A stretch of 64,000 nucleotides of DNA, taken from assembly GCA_963827475.1 (NCBI GenBank), contig CAWHAZ010000004.1:201312-265311 (forward strand), written 5' to 3'. This stretch comes from an uncultured Chloroflexia bacterium (GTDB taxonomy: Bacteria; Chloroflexota; Limnocylindria; QHBO01). The translations under genes were made by a program, and so were the position numbers. The notes below the pieces were generated by a model. That model saw nothing but the letters and a program-made list of their open reading frames with translations. It made no database searches and was not told where the DNA came from. Every line of letters starts with the position of its first letter. The first letter of the stretch is position 1. Positions 10,940-21,446 of the stretch are shown here, one piece after another.

Positions 10940-11674
10940 GTCCCGTACACCGTCATGTTGCGTCGTGTTGCAGTTGGCCGGCTGCCCGCCCACAGTCGAC
11001 TGGTTGGTGATCGTGTAGTTCCCGTTCGGGGGACGGGTGACGGTCACCGTCGTGGTGAAGCCGGCCGCGAACCAGATGCTCTGCGCGTCATTGACCTTGG
11101 CGCCGACGAAGCTCGGAATCTGACACGGAACCGGCGTCGGGGCCGGCGTCGCGGATGGGTCTGGTGTCGCGGTGGGGGACGGGCTCGGGCTCGGCGTCGG
11201 CACCGGGCTGCTCAGCGGGGTGGTGCCCGCCAGGCCAGCGCGAATCGGGAACACCGTATCGGCCTGGATGGTGATCGTGTTGCCCAGGAGCTGGGACACG
11301 ACGGGCGTGAGCAGGGTGAAGGTGCAGGACAGCGTCACCTGGGCGGTGTCGCCCAGGTCGGTACCTGCGGCGAAAGCCGGGTCGGGAAGCGTTCCCGGAA
11401 GCGTGCAGTTCAGGGCCGCTGCGTCGGCGAGGATCTGGGCCTCGTAGCTGTCGCGCTCCGTCGCGCTGCCCGGGCTGCCCCACGCGGTGGGGTGGGCGGC
11501 GGCGTAGCTGGCGCCGATGCGGCTCGCATTCGTGAGGCCGACCCAGCCGAAGAACACCCGACCGAAGTCGAGCCCGAGCAGGATGATCAGCAGCAGGACA
11601 GGGACGATGAGCGCGAACTCGACCAGCCCCTGGCCGCGACTTGATCGGCGCATGCGACGGCGCAATCGATTCAT
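10936..11674 (-). CDS. tadE: TadE-family pilin with P/S/T linker and PASTA-like domain, module B
   Basis: RG|QGLVEFALIVP; CQIPSFVGAKVNDAQSIWFAAGF; removing one base near 10960 gives ...NMTVYGT* overlapping the next ATG. Confidence 0.82.
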
Positions 11675-11694
11675 GCCCGGAGTATCCCGGGCAG

Positions 11695-11715
11695 CACCTT
11701 GCAGGCCGCCTGACA
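11695..11715 (-). promoter_or_regulatory. Tandem direct-repeat box upstream of module B
   Basis: Minus strand TGTCAGGCGGCCTGCAAGGTG. Confidence 0.45.
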
Positions 11716-11780
11716 GCGGGTAGTACCTTGGGTAAGCCTCCGGGGAGGGACTTTCGGCCCGGCACCCTCGCTGTGGAGCG

Positions 11781-13306
11781 TTACCGGGTCGCTTCTCCGT
11801 CCGCCTCGGGCTCGGTGGGCTCGCGCCGGGAGGGTGATCGTGAAGGTCGCCCCTTCGCCCGGCTCGCCGGAGAGGGTCAAGTGGCCATGCATGGCCTCGA
11901 CCAGGCCGCGAGCGGCGTACAGACCGATGCCGCTGCCGTCGGGCACCATCTGCCGTGCGTGCTCGCCTCGAAAGAACTGGTCGAAGGCCCGCTCGCGATC
12001 CTCGGCCGCGATCCCCGGCCCGGCATCGGTCACCGTCAGCTGGCTGACGAGGTCGCCAGTTGGGGCCGTCGCGCCCGGTCAGCCGGACGCGGATCTGGGT
12101 GCCTGCGGGCGAGTACTTCACCGCGTTGTCGAACAGCGCCCACAGCACCTGCTCGAAACGGTCCGGATCGCCGACGACGAGGTGCGGCTCGCCATCGGCG
12201 TCGAACTCGAGTTGATGGCTGGTGTTGCGGAGGGCATCCCACGTCCGCCTGACAATCGGCTCGGCGCGGAAGATCTCCTGACGCGACTCGAGCGCCCCGG
12301 CCTCGAGCCGGGAGACGGCCAGCAGCTGACCGACCATTCGGCGCAACCGGTCGGCCTGGTGACCGATGGCCTCCAGGTCGGAACGGGCCTGGGCGTTGAG
12401 CTTGGCCTCCTGGCCGATGTCGGCGGCCAGGGCCCGGATGCTGGTCAGCGGAGTCTGCAGGTCGTGGGTGATGCCGCGCAGGAAGTCGCTCTGGACCGCC
12501 GCCAGGCGGTTCAGCTCATCGGTCTGGGCCTGGAGGCGGGCGTAGAGCAGCGAGTGCTCCAGGGCCGAGGCCGCGACCTGGGCGATCAGGCTCAGCAGGT
12601 TCCGCTCCGCGGGCGAGGGCTCCGGACGCCCCTCCCACGGGGCGAGGAGAAGGCCGGTGAGCTCCTCGGGGCTCGAGACGTCGACCACGACCACCGCGCC
12701 CCACGGACCGATGAGGTGCCGCGGCTGCAGGCGCTCGGGCTCGCCGGTGACCGCCGCCCACTGCTCCAGCTCGTCCACCGCCCGGGCCGGCGTGGCCGGA
12801 TCCGCGTCGTACACCCCGGCCGGCAGGGCGGTCGGGTCGGCCGCGTGGAGCACGACGAGCAGCCAGGTCGGGTCGCCGGTCACCTGGCGGGCGACCTCCA
12901 CCACCCGCGCCGCGACCTCCACCGGTCCGCCGGTGATCGGGGCGGCCGCCACGTCGGCGGCGAGGGTGGCGATCTGGCGGTTGCGCTCGTCGAGCGCGCT
13001 CCGCAGCTGACGCTGGACGGCGCCCAGGTCGTCCGTGGCGGCCTCGGGGCCGTCCGTCCCGCCCCCGCGGGTCGCGATGCTCACCACCTCCTGGAGGTCG
13101 CGCGAGGCGGCCCGGGCCGTCAGGCTCGCCACCAGGGCGCCCCAGGCCAGCGTCGCCAGCCCGATCAGCAGGAATGCGGTTGCGAACCCCACCTCGGCGA
13201 TCCAGGCGTCGGCGTAGGCCAGGACGAGGGCCAGGGCGGCGAGGCCGGGCAGGGCGACGACCGCGATGACGGCAAACAGGCGGAGCGAGGCCTGGCCGAG
13301 TCCCAC
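11781..13306 (-). CDS. Membrane sensor histidine kinase (2 TM, GAF-like, HisKA, HATPase; frameshifted)
   Basis: H-box THDLQTPLTSI, LFDNAVKYSP, D.GPGI..F..F.RG, GSGIGL, GEGATF.I.LP. Confidence 0.9.
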
Positions 13307-13432
13307 CGGCGCTCAGTCGCTCAGCGGATCCGGGGCCGCGGGACGTGGCGAGGCCCCCGGCGCCCGTTCATGACTCGCATGATAGGCACTCCCAGGGGCC
13401 CCGGACCGATGCGCCCCCGTGGACGCGTCGGT

Positions 13433-15974
13433 CTACGGCACGACCAGGTGGACCGGGTTGCCCCGGAGGGTCACCTGCCAGGTGGTCAGGTCGAACGCGT
13501 TGTCCGCGGTGGACCCGCCCATGTCGTACTGGATCTTCCACCAGTTGTCATCGAGGGTCCCGGGCGCGTCGCCGTCGTAGTTGCTGGGGATGACGACGAC
13601 GATCGTCAGCCAGCACCCGTTGTACTGCGAGCTGCCACCGGTATTGGTGGTGATGAACGGGTCCAGCGGTCCGGGCGGACCCACGGTGTCATCGGTCCGT
13701 CCGTTGCAGTTCGTGGCGCCGGACGCGACGGCGGTCGCCGTGAAGTCCATGTCGGCGTTGTTGTACACGCCGCCGTTGGGGTAGAGGATCCGCAGGTCGG
13801 CCGACAGGTTGCCGGTGTCGCCCGGGTCCCACAGCCGGATCTCCAGGCTCTTGCCGGCGTGGACCGGCTCGATCTCGGCCAGGTAGAACTGGGCCGACCC
13901 GCCGCCACGGAGCGGCGTGAAGGCCTGCATCGCCCCCAGGCCGTACACCTTCGGCGCATTGGGGCACGGGGTGCCGCTGCACCACGCCCGGGTCCAGATC
14001 GCGAACGAGTTGTGCCCGTTCGCGTTGTCCATGGCGGTCGCGCTGGACGGGTTGGTCGAGCGCGTGTGCAGGCGGTAGGTGTTTCCGCCGGTCATCGGGA
14101 GGGTCGGCGGGGTGGTCGGTCCGCCGGACAGCAGCGGGAAGGGCTGCTCGGCCGTCGCGGGGACCTCCTCCCCGGCGCTGCCGTTGACGAACGGCTGCAA
14201 CGGGTACCAGCGGTTGTGCCAGAAGCGGCCGTCGGACAGGCTGCTGGTCGCACCCTGGCTGCAGGACGTGGCGACTGGTCCTGAGCCGCCGCCGAACAGC
14301 GAGTCGTCGTCGGCCTGCTGGTTGACGAACAGGTTGTGCGCCCGCGAGACGACCGAGTCGTCACCCAGGTCGAACGGCGTGTTCGAGGTGTTGTAGAGCG
14401 TGTAGTAGGCGCTCGTGGCCGCGGTCGAGCCGCCGAACCAGCGGTCGCCGGTGCCGTACTGGCCGCCGGTGTCGGTCGCGCAGAACGCCGGGTCGAAGAT
14501 CCACACCTCCCCGGCGGTCGCCCCAGCTGGCATCTCGACCGCGTAGTTGTAGTACTGGTTCGGGTTGTACTCCGCGTTCTGGGCCGAGGTGCGCGGATCC
14601 CACTTCGGCAGGTAGGCGTCGCCGTTCACCTTCTCCGCCCCCTGGTTGATGAAGGTGCCCCACAGGCCTCGGGCGTTCAGGGCGTTGTTGTACGGGCTGA
14701 CCACCACCGGGTCCGGGACCCAGGTGAAGGTCGTGTAGTGGACGACCACCTGGACCAGGTCGATGTACACCTCGCCGGCCACCGCACCGGTCGGCGGGCC
14801 GTCAGGTCCAGGCGGGTCAGCGGGCTGGCCCGGGCTCAACACGCTGCAGTTCAGCGGGTCGTTGTTCCACAGCCGGACCCGGAAGTTCGTGCTCTCGATC
14901 TCGGCCCGGGTCCAGGTGCGGCCCCACGTGTCGCTCGACCCACCGAGGACGACGTACGGCGAGCCGGTCGGCTCGACACCGGTCAAGGCAAGGGTCTTGT
15001 CGCCGGTGCCCGCGCCGGTCGTGTTCTGGGTGCCACCGGAGCCGGCGGCGCCCCACATCAGGTCGACGTTGATCGTGCAGCCGGCGACGTCGGTGGCGAA
15101 GCCCTCGATCCGCACCTCGATCCCCGCGATCCGGTGCCCCGGGTAGGCCGGCGCCGGCGCGGGCGGGTTCGCCGGGTTCGCGGGCAGCGCGAAGCCGAGG
15201 TTGCCGAGGCACACCCGGTTGTTGGCGGTTTCCGACCGGATCCACTGGTTGTTGCTGCTGTTCACGCGGTCGTCGAGCGTGCTGGCGGCCGGTGCTCCGG
15301 GTGCCGGGAACTGGCCCCACTGGATGGTGGGCGTGACGCCGGTGGTCGTGGCGCAGCTGCCCGCGTTGTCGGTCGGGCTCGTGCTCGTGCTCGTCGTCGA
15401 CGACGAGATCACGCCGGCCGAGGTGCGCGGGCCCGCCACGGCCGGGGCGTTCCCCTGCCAGACGCCGCCACTCGGCGTCCGGATCTGGCCGAACACGCCG
15501 TAGTAGTTCTCCGGGCTGCCCATCGGCACCGGCAGGATGAACTCGGCCTTCGAGTCACGGGTGACCTGGACCTGGTCGAAGCCGAAGACCTGCATGAAGA
15601 ACGTCTCGATCGGGGTCGAGACGGTGACCAGCATCCGCCGCGGATCGGCGGGGTCAGGGCGCGGGTAGACGTCGATGCCGCCGTTCGGCGCCAGCAGGGA
15701 GCCGTCGCCGTCCTGGTACCCGTTCTTCCGCGACTCCTCGTGGGCCGAGGTGTTGGCCCCCGGGATGTTGCCGGGCAGGAACACGACGCCGGCCAGGGCG
15801 GCCGCATCGGCGGCGCGCTGGACCTTGAGCTCGTTGACCCAGATCCAGGCCAGGTCGACGACGAACGCCGCGGTCCCGAGCAGGAAGGTGAGGAGCAGGG
15901 CGAAGAGGACGAGGACCTGTCCGCGCGGGCGGCGCTCCCTGGATGGCAGTGCCGCGGCGGTGTCGTGTGGTCAC
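13433..15974 (-). CDS. tadG: Large TadG-like minor pilin/adhesin (~840 aa), module C (N-terminal frameshift)
   Basis: RG|QVLVLFALLL..VDLAWIW..ELKVQRAADAAALAG continuing into 783-aa ORF 13433..15784; Cys/Trp/Gly-rich extracellular domains. Confidence 0.8.
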
Positions 15975-15984
15975 AGGAGAGGCC

Positions 15985-16607
15985 TCAGAGGCTCGTGGGG
16001 TTGAGCTCGAACACCGTGAAGTCGTACATCCCGATGTCGAGCAGGTTGATCAAGCGCGGCCAGGGGAGTCCGCGAGAAGTAGGTGTAGGTGACGCTGACG
16101 CCGATCGAGTCGGGCGTGCTGGAGTTCTGGCGCTCGGTGCAGGCGTCCCACTCCTGGGAGCCGAGCACCGGGCTGAAGTCGAGCGGGACCCCGTCCACCG
16201 TGGGGCCGGCGCCGGGGGTGTAGACCCAGACGTTCGACGCGTCGTCACCGGCCCCGCCGACGTCCTCGCGGCCGTCCGGCTCGCTGCCGACCAGGTCGGC
16301 CTCGAAGATCCGGATCTCGCTGACCTCTTCGATTTCGATGTTCGAGTCGCTGCTCTCGAGGATGCGCTGGGCGGCCGCGATGACCTCGTTGTCCACCGTC
16401 AGGCATCCCGGCATGCCGCCGCCATCGGCCAGGGCGGAACCGACGCGCGCCGCCTCGCGGCTTGCGTACTGGAGGGTCAGCTTGTGGTCCATGACGAAGC
16501 CGAACTCCAGCGTGCCCGAGCACGATGAGCAGGAGCACGGGGAGGATGAGCGCCATCTCGAGGGTCGCCTGCCCCCGCGAGACGCCCTCGCGTCGCAGCC
16601 GGCTCAC
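15985..16607 (-). CDS. tadE: TadE-family minor pilin, module C (frameshifted)
   Basis: RG|QATLEMALILP...LEFG....L.LQYASREAAR. Confidence 0.82.
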
Positions 16608-17188
16608 AGCACCGGCTCCATGCGCATCACGTTGGCGTGGGTCAGGGTGAAGCCGGGGCCGCCGAAGGTGATGATCTGGGCCATCGGCGTGACCCAGGTG
16701 TAGGCGTAGGTGATCGAGACGCCGACGTTGTCCAGCTCGGTGTGGCCCGGGTCCTCGGGGCAGCCGGCCAGGACCGAGCAGCGCTCGTTCTCGGGGTAGT
16801 TGCTGCCCCCCTGGAGGGTGTACGGGATGGCGACCGTCGAGCCGTCGGGTTGGGTGCAGTTCGTCGACCCACTCCGCGCGTAGACGTTGGCGCCCAGCTC
16901 CGCGCCCTGGCTGTCGGCCCAGTAGATGCGGACCTGCGAGATCTTCACCCGCGACGCGGGCGGCATCACGTCCGCCTCGATGCTGGACAGGATCACGCAG
17001 TCCGAGCCGACGTCCTCACCGGCCTCTGCCGCGAGCAGGGCCGCGTCGCGGCTGGCGAAGTTCACGCTCAGCAGCGCGTTGAACGCGAGCGAGAATTCGA
17101 TGAGGCCGACGATCAACAGGATGAAGATCGGGAAGACCAGGGCGAACTCGACCATGGTTTGCCCGCGCGGAGATTCCTTCCGTCGCAC
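16604..17188 (-). CDS. tadE: TadE-family minor pilin, module C
   Basis: RG|QTMVEFALVFP...IEF..AF......FASRDAA. Confidence 0.88.
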   Translation of the reverse strand: MRRKESPRGQTMVEFALVFPIFILLIVGLIEFSLAFNALLSVNFASRDAALLAAEAGEDVGSDCVILSSIEADVMPPASRVKISQVRIYWADSQGAELGANVYARSGSTNCTQPDGSTVAIPYTLQGGSNYPENERCSVLAGCPEDPGHTELDNVGVSITYAYTWVTPMAQIITFGGPGFTLTHANVMRMEPVL

Positions 17189-17299
17189 CACGACAGAATC
17201 CGTCGCGCCGTGCAGAAAAGCGCTCACCGGAAGGTACCGGGAGCGGCCGTACGGCTGGATGGGCCTTGCAGGAACACTGCCGCAGAAACGTATCGACGG

Positions 17300-17320
17300 C
17301 ACCTTGCGTGCCGCCTTGCA
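17300..17320 (-). promoter_or_regulatory. Tandem GCAAGG direct-repeat box upstream of module C
   Basis: Minus strand TGCAAGGCGGCACGCAAGGTG. Confidence 0.5.
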
Positions 17321-17362
17321 AGGCAGCCCCCGAGGCCGTACCTCTGGTTCGGTACCTTCGAC

Positions 17363-18057
17363 CTAGCCGGACGACAGGCGGTAGCCGATGCCCCGCTCGG
17401 TGAGGAGGTAATGCGGTCGGTTCGGGTCCCGCTCGATCTTGTTTCTGAGGCGGCGAACGGTGACCCACACGTACGAGGGATCGGGCAGTGTCGCTGTCGA
17501 ACCAGACCCGGTTGAGCAGCGTCTCGGTGGGCACGGTCCGGTCCAGCGCGGCCATGAGGACCTGGAGAAACCGGACCTCGGTCGGGCTGAGGCTCTCGAC
17601 CCGGTCGTCGACCCGAGCCCGTCGGCGCGACAGGTCGATCTCCACCGTGCCCCCGTCGAGGGTCAAGCCGCCGCGGGTCGAATCGGTTCGCAGCAGCACG
17701 CGGTGAATGCGCGCGGTGAGCTCGTCGGGGTCGAACGGCTTGGTCACGTAGTCCTCGGCGTAGTGCTGGAGCGCCTGGACCTTTGCCTCGCTGGCGTCCA
17801 CCGCGCTGAGGACGATGATCGGCAGGTCGGCGATCTGCTTCACGCGCCGGCAGAGCTCGAAACCGTCCATCCCCGGCATCATGAGGTCCACGACCAGGAT
17901 GGCCGGCCAGGACCGATCCAGCGCGGCGAGGGCCTCCGGCCCGGAGGCGACAGGACGCACCTCGAAGCCATCGCGCTCGCAGGCGACGGGTCAGGACGCT
18001 ACGCAGGGTTGGGTCGTCGTCGACCAGCAGGATGGCCGGCCGCAGCGCCGGCGGCAC
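17363..18057 (-). CDS. OmpR/PhoB-family response regulator (frameshifted)
   Basis: [56 protein letters not shown]. Confidence 0.88.
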
Positions 18058-18058
18058 G

Positions 18059-18982
18059 TCAGATGCCGACGCCCCGCACGACGGTGACGATGGCGGGGCC
18101 CAGGATCACGATGAAGATCGTCGGGAAGATGCAGCCGACCATCGGGAAGAGCATCTTCACCGGCGCCTTGGCCGCGGCCTCCTCCGCCCGCTGCCGGCGC
18201 TCGATGCGCAGCTGCTGGGACTGGATCTGGAGGACCTTGGCGATCGGGACACCGAGCTGCTCGGCCTGGACGATGGCGCCGATGAAGTTCGTCACGGCCT
18301 GCACGTCGCAGCGAGCCGCGACGTCGCGCAGGGCGTCTCGCCGCAGGCGACCCATGCGGATCTCGGCCAGCGCCTGGCGGTACTCGGAGATCAGCGGACC
18401 TTCCATCTTCTCGACCACCTTGGCCAGCGCCGCGTCGAAGCCGAGCCCGGCCTCGACCGAGATGGTGAGCAGGTCGAGGGCGTCGGGGAGCTGGAGGATC
18501 ATGTCCGTCTGGCGCTGGCGGATCTTGCGGCCGAGCCAGAACTCGGGCGCCATGTAGCCGACGGCCAGCCCGCCGACCCCGAACAGGATGTTCACCGGGA
18601 AGCCGGACACGGCGAGGAAGATGATCGTGAAGGCGATGGCGAAGACGATGGCGGACAGGACCTTGACGCCCATCCAGTCCGCGCCCCGAAGGCCGCCCGG
18701 GTAACCGGCCCGGTGGAGGCGCCCTTCGGCGACCTCGACCATGGTGCCCTGCGCGCCCCGCCGTCCGAGCTTCGACAGGCGCTGGACGATGGGCCGGATC
18801 GCGCGCTCGAAGAACGGCTGCTCGAGCTCGGCCTCCTCGAGGGTCTTGGGCTTGACGACGAGCTGCTCGAGGCGCTGCTGGACCGCGTCCTTGGGCGGCC
18901 GGGTCATGGTCCCGAACACGATCAGCAGGACCGCGATCGCGGCGAAGAGCGGGATGATGATGGTGGGGATGTTCTCAAGCAT
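18059..18982 (-). CDS. tadC: Tad platform protein TadC (T2SS-F family)
   Basis: LPDALDLL.ISVEAGLGFD.AL, QAEQLG.PI, AEE.A.KAPVKM.FP. Confidence 0.93.
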   Translation of the reverse strand: MLENIPTIIIPLFAAIAVLLIVFGTMTRPPKDAVQQRLEQLVVKPKTLEEAELEQPFFERAIRPIVQRLSKLGRRGAQGTMVEVAEGRLHRAGYPGGLRGADWMGVKVLSAIVFAIAFTIIFLAVSGFPVNILFGVGGLAVGYMAPEFWLGRKIRQRQTDMILQLPDALDLLTISVEAGLGFDAALAKVVEKMEGPLISEYRQALAEIRMGRLRRDALRDVAARCDVQAVTNFIGAIVQAEQLGVPIAKVLQIQSQQLRIERRQRAEEAAAKAPVKMLFPMVGCIFPTIFIVILGPAIVTVVRGVGI

Positions 18983-18986
18983 CGGT

Positions 18987-19985
18987 TCAGACCTTGATGT
19001 CGACGATGCGGCGGATGAACAGCCAGCCGATGCCCATGCTCAGCCCGCCGAGCAGGAACAGGACGATGCCCATCGGCAGGCCGAACATCTCGGGCGGACG
19101 CTCGAACATCGGTGTGATGTAGGTCGGGCTGATCACGAACAGCAGGGCGGCCAGGCCGACCGGCAGCAGGACGATGACGTAGCCGCTGTAGCGCTGCATG
19201 GCGGTCAGGGTCCGGATCTCGCCCTGGATCCGGACGCGCTCGCGAATCGTGAACGCGATGGCGTCGAGGACGGTGGCCAGGTTGCCACCGACCTGGGCCT
19301 GGATGTTGATGGCGGTGACCATCAGCTCGAGGTCCTCCGACGCGACGCGGCGGACGAGGTTGCCGAGCGCCGGCTGGAGGGCCATGCCCAGGCTCATCTC
19401 GCGCACGACCCGCCCGAACTCCTCGGCGATCGGCGGCCGCGACTCACGGGTCACCAGCTCCATGCCCTGGAGGAACGAGGAGCCGGCGCGCAGGGAGTTG
19501 GCCAGCAGGGTGATGGTGTCCGGCAGCTGGGTGTTGAATGCGTTCAGACGTCCCTTCTGCCGCCGGCCGAGGTAGTAGCGCGGCAGCCACAGGCCGAGGA
19601 ACACGGCCCCGATCAGCGCGAACGGACTCCGCAGCGCCTCGAAGAGGAGGCCGAGCACCATGAATGCGGCGACCAGCACGAACGGCGACGCGATCCAGAT
19701 CATCAGGAACTCCGCCGGCTTGAGCTTCAGGTCCGCGCGCGCGAGGTCCGTGCTCATCCGGGTGGTGAGGTCCTGGCTTTCGATGACCCGCGACAGGCCG
19801 GCAACGAGCGCCGAATCTTTCTCCGCGTCCTCGTCCGACTTGTCCGAGCGGCCGCCACGGGACGAGGCGTATCGCTCGAGGCGGTCGGTCACCCCGCCAC
19901 CGCTTCCGCTCATCGCGATGCCCACCACGACCACCAGGATGGCGATCGCCGCCAGCGCAGCGATGAGGATCGGCATGAGGTTCAT
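18987..19985 (-). CDS. tadB: Tad platform protein TadB
   Basis: F..QLPD...L.ANSLRAG.S, PI.EEF, Q.QVGGNLA.VLD, IR.LTA. Confidence 0.93.
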   Translation of the reverse strand: MNLMPILIAALAAIAILVVVVGIAMSGSGGGVTDRLERYASSRGGRSDKSDEDAEKDSALVAGLSRVIESQDLTTRMSTDLARADLKLKPAEFLMIWIASPFVLVAAFMVLGLLFEALRSPFALIGAVFLGLWLPRYYLGRRQKGRLNAFNTQLPDTITLLANSLRAGSSFLQGMELVTRESRPPIAEEFGRVVREMSLGMALQPALGNLVRRVASEDLELMVTAINIQAQVGGNLATVLDAIAFTIRERVRIQGEIRTLTAMQRYSGYVIVLLPVGLAALLFVISPTYITPMFERPPEMFGLPMGIVLFLLGGLSMGIGWLFIRRIVDIKV

Positions 19986-20011
19986 CGGTCGGGCGCCCTC
20001 TCTTCAGATTC

Positions 20012-21430
20012 CTAGAACGGCGAGCCGAAGGTGTTGGCCGGCAGGTGGATGCCCGCGGCCTCGAACTTCTCGACGAACTTCGGGCGAATGCCGGTCGGCT
20101 TCAGCCGGCCTTCGATCTTGCCCTCGACCACGCCGGTCTGCTCGAAGGTGAAGACGTCCTGCATGACGATGACGTCGCCCTCCATGCCCTGGACCTCGGT
20201 GATGCTCACGATCCGGCGCGTTCCGTCCTTGAGCCGGTTCTGGTGGACGATGAGGTCCACCGCCGAGGCGGTCTGCTCGCGGATCGCGCGCAGCGGGAGG
20301 TCCATGCCGGCCATGAGCACCATCGTCTCGAGGCGGGCCAGCATGTCGCGCGGGGAGTTGGCGTGGCCGGTGGACATCGACCCGTCATGGCCGGTGTTCA
20401 TGGCCTGGAGCATGTCGAGCGCTTCCGCCGACCGCACCTCGCCGACCACGATCCGGTCGGGCCGCATGCGCAGGGCGTTGCGGACGAGCTCACGGATCGG
20501 GACGGCGCCCTTGCCTTCGATGTTCGACGGGCGCGCCTCGAGGGTCACGACGTGCTCCTGCCGGAGCTGGAGCTCGGCCGCGTCCTCGATGGTCACGATC
20601 CGCTCGTCATCGGGGATGAACGAGCTGAGCACGTTCAGGGTCGTCGTCTTGCCCGAGCCGGTGCCGCCCGACACGAAGACGTTGAGCCGGGCCTTCACGC
20701 AGGCCTCGAGGAACTCGAACATCTCCGGGGTGGCGGTGCCGAACCGGATCAGGTCCTCGACCGTGAACGGGCTGGCGGCGAACTTCCGGATGGTCACCAC
20801 CGGCCCGACCAGCGACAGCGGCGGGATGATGGCGTTCACGCGGGAGCCGTCGACCAGGCGGGCGTCGACCATCGGGCTCGATTCGTCGATTCGACGACCG
20901 ATGGGCGCGATGATGCGCTGGATGATCTTCATCACGTGCTCGTCGTTCTGGAACGTGACCCCGGTCAGCTCCAGCTTGCCCTCGCGCTCGATGTAGACCT
21001 GCTGCGGGCCGTTGACCATGACCTCGGTGATGGTCGCGTCGCGCAGGAGCGGCTCCAGCGGGCCGAGGCCGAGGATCTCGTCGGTGATCTGCTCGAGCAT
21101 GCGGACCCGCTCGGCGCGGGTCAGGGCCAGGCCCTCCTCGTCGGCGATCTTGCCGAACAGGTCCTCGATCTGGCGCTTGACCTCGACCTGGTTGGTCAGG
21201 TCCATCTTCGGGTCGAGCTCGTTGATCAGCCGGTTCTGGACGCGGTACTTCGCCTCCCGGAACGACTCGCGCGTCGGCGCTCCGCCGGCGAACGGACGAA
21301 CCGGTCCTTCACCCGCGGGGGCGGCGGGACCGCCTGCTCCCGGGGTTGGCTGGGGAGTGCCGCCCGGCACGGGTGCCAGTTCGGTGTCCGATCCCGGCTG
21401 GGCTCGCTCGATGCGCTTTAGGAGAGACAT
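20012..21430 (-). CDS. cpaF: Tad pilus assembly ATPase CpaF/TadA
   Basis: GLGPLEPLL, PMVDARL.DGSRVNA, GGTGSGKTT, IEDAAEL, NALRMRPDRI, QAMNTGHDGS. Confidence 0.97.
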   Translation of the reverse strand: MSLLKRIERAQPGSDTELAPVPGGTPQPTPGAGGPAAPAGEGPVRPFAGGAPTRESFREAKYRVQNRLINELDPKMDLTNQVEVKRQIEDLFGKIADEEGLALTRAERVRMLEQITDEILGLGPLEPLLRDATITEVMVNGPQQVYIEREGKLELTGVTFQNDEHVMKIIQRIIAPIGRRIDESSPMVDARLVDGSRVNAIIPPLSLVGPVVTIRKFAASPFTVEDLIRFGTATPEMFEFLEACVKARLNVFVSGGTGSGKTTTLNVLSSFIPDDERIVTIEDAAELQLRQEHVVTLEARPSNIEGKGAVPIRELVRNALRMRPDRIVVGEVRSAEALDMLQAMNTGHDGSMSTGHANSPRDMLARLETMVLMAGMDLPLRAIREQTASAVDLIVHQNRLKDGTRRIVSITEVQGMEGDVIVMQDVFTFEQTGVVEGKIEGRLKPTGIRPKFVEKFEAAGIHLPANTFGSPF

Positions 21431-21446
21431 GTCAGCATCCTTCTGG

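Noticed and set aside
10472-13306. 944-aa ORF apparently fusing a histidine kinase to two TadE pilins
   Set aside because: The kinase HATPase continues in another frame after ~12075, and a one-base shift near 10960 restores a TGA/ATG overlap, so the fusion is an indel artefact
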